In this document: in pieces, positions 57,686 to 64,000 of the stretch | How the letters are laid out: each line of letters begins with the position of its first letter | Numbering within the stretch: the first letter of the stretch is position 1 | Origin: an uncultured Collinsella sp. | Lineage (GTDB): Bacteria > Actinomycetota > Coriobacteriia > Coriobacteriales > Coriobacteriaceae | Length of the DNA stretch: 64,000 nt | NCBI GenBank assembly: GCA_900549905.1 | Contig: URQD01000001.1 | Coordinates: 3,486-67,485, forward strand | Reading direction: 5' to 3' | Program-made: the position numbers and the translations under genes | The notes under the pieces: generated by a model | Database searches by the model: none | What the model saw: only the letters and a program-made list of their open reading frames with translations | What the model was told of the DNA's origin: nothing

Positions 57686-58872
57686 TGTCCTTCCAGACGA
57701 CGTATGGCCCCGATGGACGCCTTCGCGTTGCCATCCTGGGTTGTACGGGCTCTATCGGCACCCAGGCGCTCGATGTGTGCCGCCAGCATGCCGATCGCCT
57801 GCAGGTGACGGCGCTGTCCGTTAATTCCAGCACCTCGGAGCTCGTTGCCGCTGCCCGCGAGTTCTCGGTTCCGGCGGTTGCCGTTGCCGATGTCGCTCAT
57901 GGCGATGACGCCGTGCTGCAGGAGTTGCCCGAGGGCACACAGCTCGGCGTTGGCGCGCAGGCGGTTTGCGAGCTCGCGCGTCGCGACGATGTCGACTGCG
58001 TGCTCGTCGCTATTGTGGGCGCCGCCGGTCTCGAGGCGAGCCATGCGGCCTTGACCTCGAATAAGCGCCTTGCCCTTGCCAACAAGGAGTCCCTCGTCGT
58101 CGGTGGCGACTTGCTTATGCCGTTGGCGCAACCGGGCCAGCTTATTCCGGTCGACTCTGAGCATTCCGCCATCTACCAGTGCTATCTGGGGGAGAACCCG
58201 CGCGAGGCCCACTGCATTTGGCTCACCTGCTCGGGCGGTCCGTTCTTTGGCCGCACGCGCGACGAGCTCGATCGCGTGACGCGTGCCGATGCCCTCGCGC
58301 ATCCCACGTGGGCCATGGGTGCCAAGATCACCATTGACTCCGCCACCCTCATGAACAAGGGCCTGGAGCGCATTGAGGCCATGCATCTGTTTAACTGCGA
58401 CCTCGATTTCATTAACGTGGTCGTGCAGCGTCAGTCCAAGATTCACTCTATGGTCGAGTTCGCCGACGGCTCCGTGATGGCGCATCTCGGTGCATCCGAC
58501 ATGCGTATTCCCATCCAGTTCGCGTTCTCGTATCCCGAGCGTTGGGATACTCCGGCGCCTCGTATCGATTTCCGCGAGCTGGGGCAGCTCACGTTTGATG
58601 CTGCCGACATGGATACCTTCCGCTGTCTGGCACTGGCCGAGCGTGCCGGCAAGACGGGTGGCACCATGCCGTGCGTGCTCAATGCCGCCAACGAGGTCGC
58701 CGTCGATGCCTTCCTGCACGATGGCTGCAGCTTTACCGATATCGATCGCATTGTGGAATCCTGCATGGACGCCCACGATATGCAGGTGGTCGATTCGTTT
58801 GAGCAGCTTCGCGACATCGACGCGTGGGCGCGTGAAAAGGCTGCGCAGGTGCTCGCCGCAACCCGTTCCTAA
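57685..58872 (+). CDS. dxr: 1-deoxy-D-xylulose 5-phosphate reductoisomerase
   Basis: LGCTGSIGTQ, ANKES, PVDSEH, SGGPF, HPTWAMGAKITIDSATLMNK, NAANE motifs. Confidence 0.97.
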   Translation: MSFQTTYGPDGRLRVAILGCTGSIGTQALDVCRQHADRLQVTALSVNSSTSELVAAAREFSVPAVAVADVAHGDDAVLQELPEGTQLGVGAQAVCELARRDDVDCVLVAIVGAAGLEASHAALTSNKRLALANKESLVVGGDLLMPLAQPGQLIPVDSEHSAIYQCYLGENPREAHCIWLTCSGGPFFGRTRDELDRVTRADALAHPTWAMGAKITIDSATLMNKGLERIEAMHLFNCDLDFINVVVQRQSKIHSMVEFADGSVMAHLGASDMRIPIQFAFSYPERWDTPAPRIDFRELGQLTFDAADMDTFRCLALAERAGKTGGTMPCVLNAANEVAVDAFLHDGCSFTDIDRIVESCMDAHDMQVVDSFEQLRDIDAWAREKAAQVLAATRS

Positions 58873-58897
58873 CCCATAAGGATTGCTTTTTCGTTTT

Positions 58898-60259
58898 ATG
58901 GATACTGTTCTGAGCGTTCTCTCATCGGTCTTTTGGGGCCTGCTGATGCTTTCCGTCCTCGTGTTTTTGCACGAGGGCGGCCACTTTTTGGCGGCGCGTG
59001 CCTGCGGCGTCCGTGTGACCGAGTTCTTTTTGGGTCTGCCGTGCCGCTTTGACATCCATTACACGTCGCGTCGCATTGGAACCAAGTTTGGCGTGACCCC
59101 GCTGCTGCTGGGTGGCTACGCTGCCATCTGCGGTATGGATCCGACCGATGTTTCGTGCGCCGACCGCGTGCTCGCGGCTATCTATCGTCATGGTCGCGTG
59201 ACCGTGGCCGACCTTGCTGCCGAGCTCGAGCTTTCCGAGGAGGATGTGCTCGAGGCATGCGCCCTTTTGCTGGGCTGGGGCTCCATCGCGCCCTGGTATG
59301 AGGAAGGGGAGAAGCCCTCGCCGAGCTACTATCCCACCAAATATCAGACGTTGCCGCGAGACAAGGCAGGCTATACCACCTTTGATGGTCGCCGTTTCGA
59401 TCGCGAACATGCGACTGCCGAGGGCGATGTGTGGGAGCTGCCGTGCGGCGAGGCCGAGTTCCTTGCGCAAGAACGCTCGCACACCTATCTTGGCCAAGGC
59501 TTTCTCAAGCGCGCCTTTATGCTGCTCGCAGGCATTATCGTCAATATCTTGACGGGTTTTTTGCTCCTTATGAGCATCTATTCCATTGCGGGTGTCACCG
59601 TGCCGATGGATACCAACGCGATCGGTCAGGTTGACGAGGGGTCTATTGCCGCCAAGGCGGGTATCGAGGCCGGTGATGCGATCCTTTCGGTTGACGGTGT
59701 CTCATGTTCTACTTGGATGGATGTCTACGATGCCATCGGCAAGGCCGCCGGTAAGGACGATATCGCCATCGAGTACGAGCGTGACGGCAAGCAGCATTCG
59801 ACCACGGTTGCGCTCAAAGAGGACGAGCGCCTGGGTGTGTATGCCTCTACGCAGGTGGTCCGTTTAGACCCCATCACGTCGGCTCGCCTGTCGTTCTCCT
59901 ATGTCGTGCAGACAGCGGATGGCGTGCTGCGCCTGCTCCAGCCGCAGCATACGATGGAGATTCTCGATCAGTCTTCTTCGATCGTGGGTATTAGCGTTAT
60001 GTCCTCACAGGCCGCTGCTGCCGGCCCTGCCACGTTCCTTTCCTTTGCCGCCCTCATTTCGTTCTCGCTTGGCTTTATGAACCTGCTGCCCATCCCACCA
60101 CTCGATGGCGGTAAGCTGCTTATTGAGATCATTCAAAAGATTGCGGGCCGCGAGCTGCCGCTCAAAGTGCAGACAATCGTCAGCTATGTCGGCATCGCGC
60201 TCTTTGCACTGCTGTTTGTCTATATGCTTCGTTCCGACATCCTTCGTTTTATTCTGTAG
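58898..60259 (+). CDS. rseP: RseP/RasP site-2 protease (M50) with PDZ domain and an unusual ~114-aa insertion
   Basis: HEGGH and NLLPIPPLDGG motifs; PDZ AAKAGIEAGD; between dxr and ispG. Confidence 0.93.
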   Translation: MDTVLSVLSSVFWGLLMLSVLVFLHEGGHFLAARACGVRVTEFFLGLPCRFDIHYTSRRIGTKFGVTPLLLGGYAAICGMDPTDVSCADRVLAAIYRHGRVTVADLAAELELSEEDVLEACALLLGWGSIAPWYEEGEKPSPSYYPTKYQTLPRDKAGYTTFDGRRFDREHATAEGDVWELPCGEAEFLAQERSHTYLGQGFLKRAFMLLAGIIVNILTGFLLLMSIYSIAGVTVPMDTNAIGQVDEGSIAAKAGIEAGDAILSVDGVSCSTWMDVYDAIGKAAGKDDIAIEYERDGKQHSTTVALKEDERLGVYASTQVVRLDPITSARLSFSYVVQTADGVLRLLQPQHTMEILDQSSSIVGISVMSSQAAAAGPATFLSFAALISFSLGFMNLLPIPPLDGGKLLIEIIQKIAGRELPLKVQTIVSYVGIALFALLFVYMLRSDILRFIL

Positions 60260-60272
60260 GGGAGTGTTTGGA

Positions 60273-61355
60273 TTGTCTTTATCCCATCCTTTGCCTCGCG
60301 AGTTGACGCGCCCCGTGCATGTGGGCGGCGTGCAGATCGGTGGTGGCGCTCCGGTCGTGGTTCAGTCTATGACCTGCACCGATACTGCTGATGCCCAGGC
60401 AACGCTTGCGCAAGTGTGCGCGTTGGCGCAGGCTGGCTGCGATATCGTGCGCGTGAGCGTGCCTACCGAGGCTGCGCTCGAGGGCTTTCGCACGATTTGT
60501 GCCGAGTCTCCGGTGCCAATCGTCGCCGATATCCATTTTAACCATAAGCTTGCCATTGGCGCTGTCGAGGCTGGTGCCTCTAAGCTGCGCATCAACCCCG
60601 GCAATATCGGCGATTGGGCTAAGGTCGATGCCGTCATCGATGCCGCGGGTGCCGCGGGCTGCGCGATTCGCATTGGCGTGAACGCGGGCTCGCTTGAGCA
60701 AGATATTGCCGAGCGCGACGACCTCACGCAGCCCGAAAAGCTCGTGATGTCGAGCGAACGCTTTGTGCGGCACTTTGAGGACCGTGGGTTTACCAACATC
60801 GTGCTATCCGCCAAGGCCCATAGCGTACAGACGACACTTGATACCTATCGCGCCCTGTCGCGCGAGATACCGCATGTTCCGCTCCACCTGGGCGTGACGG
60901 AGGCGGGGACCAAGCTTCAGGGCACCATCAAGAGCTCTGTAGGCTTGGGTATCTTGCTTTCCGAAGGCATCGGTGACACCATGCGTGTGTCGCTCACGGC
61001 CGATCCGGTTGAGGAGCCGCCGGTCGCCTGGGGAATTCTACAGTCGCTGGGCCTGCGTCGCCGTGGTCCCGAGATTGTCTCGTGCCCCACGTGCGCCCGC
61101 TGCCAGGTTAACCTGATTCCCATCGCCGAGGAGGTCACCGAGCGGCTTAAGAACTATTCCGCGCCGCTTTCGATCGCCGTGATGGGATGTGCGGTCAACG
61201 GCCCCGGAGAGGCATCTGACGCCGACCTGGGTGTTGCCTGCGGACGTGGTCAGGGCCTGCTCTTTTCGCATGGCCAGATCATTGGTAAAGTAGCTGAGGA
61301 TCAAATTGTCGACGCGCTTATGGCCGAGGTCGACAAACTTATTGAGGAGAAATAA
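60273..61355 (+). CDS. ispG: HMBPP synthase
   Basis: VVVQSMT, ADIHF, RINPGN, IRIGVNAGS, HLGVTEAG, SCPTCARC, MGCAVNGPGE motifs. Confidence 0.97.
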   Translation: MSLSHPLPRELTRPVHVGGVQIGGGAPVVVQSMTCTDTADAQATLAQVCALAQAGCDIVRVSVPTEAALEGFRTICAESPVPIVADIHFNHKLAIGAVEAGASKLRINPGNIGDWAKVDAVIDAAGAAGCAIRIGVNAGSLEQDIAERDDLTQPEKLVMSSERFVRHFEDRGFTNIVLSAKAHSVQTTLDTYRALSREIPHVPLHLGVTEAGTKLQGTIKSSVGLGILLSEGIGDTMRVSLTADPVEEPPVAWGILQSLGLRRRGPEIVSCPTCARCQVNLIPIAEEVTERLKNYSAPLSIAVMGCAVNGPGEASDADLGVACGRGQGLLFSHGQIIGKVAEDQIVDALMAEVDKLIEEK

Positions 61356-63077
61356 ATGACCCGAGCAATGTATATGTCTAAGCTCTATGCGCCGACGCTC
61401 AAAGAGGATCCGGCGGATGCCGAGCTAGCGAGCCACCGTCTGCTGCTTCGCGCTGGCATGATCCGCAAGGAGGCCGCCGGCCTGTATTCCTATCTGCCGC
61501 TCGCTTGGCGCTCGATCCGCAAGATCGAGAACATCGTGCGCGACGAGATGGATGCCGCCGGTGCTCAGGAGCTCATGATGCCCATCATGGTCGATGCCGA
61601 GCTGTGGCGTGAGTCCGGCCGTATCGATGCCTATGGCAAGGAGCTTGTGCGCTTTGATGACCGCCACGGCCGCGAGTTTGTGCTCGGACCCACGCACGAG
61701 GAGACCGTGACTGCCCTGGTGCGCAATGAGTTGCGTTCCTACAAGCAGCTGCCAGTGAACCTTTATCACATCCAGGATAAGTTCCGCGACGAGTTCCGTC
61801 CCCGTTTTGGCCTGATGCGCGGTCGCGAGTTCATCATGAAGGACGCCTACAGCTTCTCTGCTACGCAGGAGAGCCTGCAGGAGGAGTACGACAAGATGAA
61901 GCAGGCCTATGCCAACATTTGCGAGCGCTGCTACATCAAGGCTCTGCCCGTTGTCGCCGACTCCGGCGAGATCGGTGGCGATACCTCCGTCGAGTACATG
62001 GCTTTGGCCGACGCTGGCGAGGCTTCGCTCGTCTACTGCGACGATTGCGGCTTCGCTGCCGACGATGAGGCCGCAAGCACCAAGGTCGTTGTGACCGAGG
62101 GTCCTGGCGACGGTACGCTTACCAAGGTCGAGACTCCGGGCATGGGCACCATCGAGGCCGTTGCAAAGTTCTTCGGCTTCCCCGAGAACGGCACGCGCAA
62201 GTCTCTGGCACTCCTCGACGCCGAGGGCAAGCCCGTCGTGGCCATTGTTCCGGGCGACCACGAGCTCAACGATTGCAAGGCCGAGCATGTCTTTGGCAAG
62301 GCCTATCGCATGATGACTGATGAGGAGCTCCAGACCTACGGTCTGCATAAGGGCTTTATCGGACCGGTTAACCTGCCCGAGGGCATTCGCCTGGTGTGCG
62401 ACGAGAGCCTGCGCGAGTCCAAGCAGTGGGCCTGCGGTGCCAACGAGGTCGATTATCACTTTACCGGTGCCTGCCCCGAGCGCGACTTTACCGTCGACGA
62501 GTGGGCCGACCTGGTAACCGTCGTTGCCGGCGATCCCTGCCCGCACTGCGGCAAGCCGCTCTCTGCTGCTCGCGGCATCGAGGTCTCGCAGGTCTTCCAG
62601 CTGGGTACCAAGTATTCCGAGGCCATGGGCGCCACCTTTATGGACGAGGACGGCAAGGAGAAGCCGCTTATCATGGGTTGCTACGGCGTTGGTGTGTCCC
62701 GCTCGCTTGCTGCCGTCGTGGAGCAGCACAACGACGAACACGGCATCGTCTGGCCGGTCTCCGTTGCCCCGTACGAGGTCGCGGTGATTCCGCTCGATCC
62801 CAAGAAGGAGGAGTGCGCTAACGTTTGCGACCAAATCGTCGAGGGCCTGTGCGCCGAGGGTATCGAGGTTGTCGTCGATGACCGTGACGAGCGTCCTGGC
62901 TTTAAGTTTGCCGATAACGACCTCATGGGCTTCCCGTATCAGGTCGTGCTTGGCAAGCGTGGCCTCAAGAATGGTACTGTGGAGCTCAAGGACCGTGCCA
63001 CGGGCGAGCGTGAGGACGTGGCGATCGACGAGGTAGTCGCCAAGATTGCCGAGCTTGTTAAGGCGGCCCGCCGTTAA
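61356..63077 (+). CDS. proS: Proline-tRNA ligase with editing domain
   Basis: SHRLLLRAG, LGPTHEE, FRDEFRPRFGLMRGREF, MGCYGVG, DDRDERPG motifs. Confidence 0.98.
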   Translation: MTRAMYMSKLYAPTLKEDPADAELASHRLLLRAGMIRKEAAGLYSYLPLAWRSIRKIENIVRDEMDAAGAQELMMPIMVDAELWRESGRIDAYGKELVRFDDRHGREFVLGPTHEETVTALVRNELRSYKQLPVNLYHIQDKFRDEFRPRFGLMRGREFIMKDAYSFSATQESLQEEYDKMKQAYANICERCYIKALPVVADSGEIGGDTSVEYMALADAGEASLVYCDDCGFAADDEAASTKVVVTEGPGDGTLTKVETPGMGTIEAVAKFFGFPENGTRKSLALLDAEGKPVVAIVPGDHELNDCKAEHVFGKAYRMMTDEELQTYGLHKGFIGPVNLPEGIRLVCDESLRESKQWACGANEVDYHFTGACPERDFTVDEWADLVTVVAGDPCPHCGKPLSAARGIEVSQVFQLGTKYSEAMGATFMDEDGKEKPLIMGCYGVGVSRSLAAVVEQHNDEHGIVWPVSVAPYEVAVIPLDPKKEECANVCDQIVEGLCAEGIEVVVDDRDERPGFKFADNDLMGFPYQVVLGKRGLKNGTVELKDRATGEREDVAIDEVVAKIAELVKAARR

Positions 63078-63108
63078 TCGACGTTTCTGCTATTAGATGT
63101 AATTGCGG

Positions 63109-63155
63109 GGCTGCTCCGTATCTCTCTTAGGATGAGATGCGGAGCAGTCTATTTT
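63109..63155 (+). terminator. Terminator after proS
   Basis: CTGCTCCGTATCTC/GAGATGCGGAGCAG stem followed by TCTATTTT. Confidence 0.7.
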
Positions 63156-63177
63156 GTTGGAATAAACTCGATGGGTA

Positions 63178-63217
63178 AAGAAAACCCCACAGCCCATATG
63201 AGCTGCGGGGTTTTCTT
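63178..63217. terminator. Bidirectional terminator between the convergent proS and phosphotransferase genes
   Basis: AAGAAAACCCCACAGC/GCTGCGGGGTTTTCTT. Confidence 0.75.
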
Positions 63218-63249
63218 GTGCCTCCGATGCGAAATAAATCGCTCAGATA

Positions 63250-64000
63250 TTACTGATAATCGACGACGTCGATCCAGTTCTTCAGGAACTCATCGTTCAC
63301 GTTGCGCTTACGAGCGAGCTCGGAAGCGGCGACGATGCTCGTCCACTGACGCACGACCTGCATGGGCATGTCGGCGCGGTCGCAGTAGAGCTCCAAGTAG
63401 GCCTCAGCCTGGTCCTTGCTGTTGAGGGCGAAGAGCAGGTAGGTGGTGGCAACGTCGGCAGCAGGGGAGCCCTGGGTGGCGTGTGCCCAGTCGCACACAT
63501 AGAGCTGGCCGTCGTCGCCGACGATGACGTTGGAGGGGTTGAAGTCGCCGTGGCAGACCTTGAACTCCTTGGTCATGCCGTCCAGACGCTCCTGAAGGTT
63601 GTAGCGCGTGGTGGCATTGAGCTGATCAAGGCTGTCGATCATGCGGGCGAACTTGTCGCGCTGACGGTTGAGCAGCGGGGAGGTATAGCCGTGGATCTCG
63701 ATCTGGAGGTCGACGAACATCTCGAGATACTCACCAAAGCGCTGGGGCTCAGCAGTCATCTTCTCGGCAAGGGTGGTGCCCGGAACCTTCTCGGTCACGA
63801 GCGCCCAGCCGTTGGCGTTCTCGAGCTGGGAAACCTCGAGAGCCTTGGGGCTGCGGATGCCGCACTCATTGATGCGGGCAAGATTCAAAGCCTCGTTGAA
63901 CACGTCGGAGACAGGCTTGGTCTCGTTAAAGACCTTGACGATCTTGTCGCCCAGGTCGTAAACGACCTTGTTGCCACGGCGGACGAGCTCGGTCTTGGAA
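63250..64000 (-). CDS. APH/choline-kinase-like phosphotransferase; start lies beyond the right edge
   Basis: CHGDFNPSN and CDW motifs; the frame stays open to the window end (SKTELVRRGNKVVYDLGDKIVKVF). Confidence 0.82.
   Translation of the reverse strand, partial: SKTELVRRGNKVVYDLGDKIVKVFNETKPVSDVFNEALNLARINECGIRSPKALEVSQLENANGWALVTEKVPGTTLAEKMTAEPQRFGEYLEMFVDLQIEIHGYTSPLLNRQRDKFARMIDSLDQLNATTRYNLQERLDGMTKEFKVCHGDFNPSNVIVGDDGQLYVCDWAHATQGSPAADVATTYLLFALNSKDQAEAYLELYCDRADMPMQVVRQWTSIVAASELARKRNVNDEFLKNWIDVVDYQ

Noticed and set aside
63250..64000. Aminoglycoside resistance gene
   Set aside because: Only the generic APH/choline-kinase fold motif is present; native codon usage and no mobile context.

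Overview
High-GC bacterial chromosome segment made mostly of core housekeeping genes. Gene content and style suggest Coriobacteriia, probably Collinsella (inference, not database-checked). In order: the end of a cell-surface glycan locus (YfhO/GT-C, two GT2s, Wzm/Wzt, nonsense-disrupted acyltransferase-3); tRNA-Arg(TCT); a DUF4869-like gene; a complete 8-gene shikimate/Phe/Tyr operon with an aroE-aroK fusion; tRNA-Arg(CCG); a P-type ATPase; a Zn-ribbon/cyclophilin/TPR trio ahead of mreBCD-mrdA-rodA plus an uncharacterised radical-SAM pair; rplU-rpmA-obgE-nadD-yqeK-rsfS; dinB; rpsP-khpA-rimM-trmD-lepB; glyQS-ppsR-ppdK; rplS-rnhB; yraN(stop)-comM-dprA-trmFO-xerC; rpsB-tsf-pyrH-frr-uppS-cdsA-dxr-rseP-ispG-proS; and a partial phosphotransferase. 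I saw no transposase, prophage, CRISPR array or rRNA. The best candidates for something undescribed are (1) a leaderless 14-codon uORF (MHHIYTARDAGRFY) whose Tyr/Phe codons bracket an intrinsic terminator in front of the aro operon, a possible new attenuator; (2) a winged-helix-like insertion inside the RseP protease; (3) a 14-nt TGCGC-RTAA-GCGCA element just before the RBS of both ppsR and ppdK; (4) REP-like hairpins sharing a GGGACRGG core. All of these are hypotheses from reading the sequence by eye.
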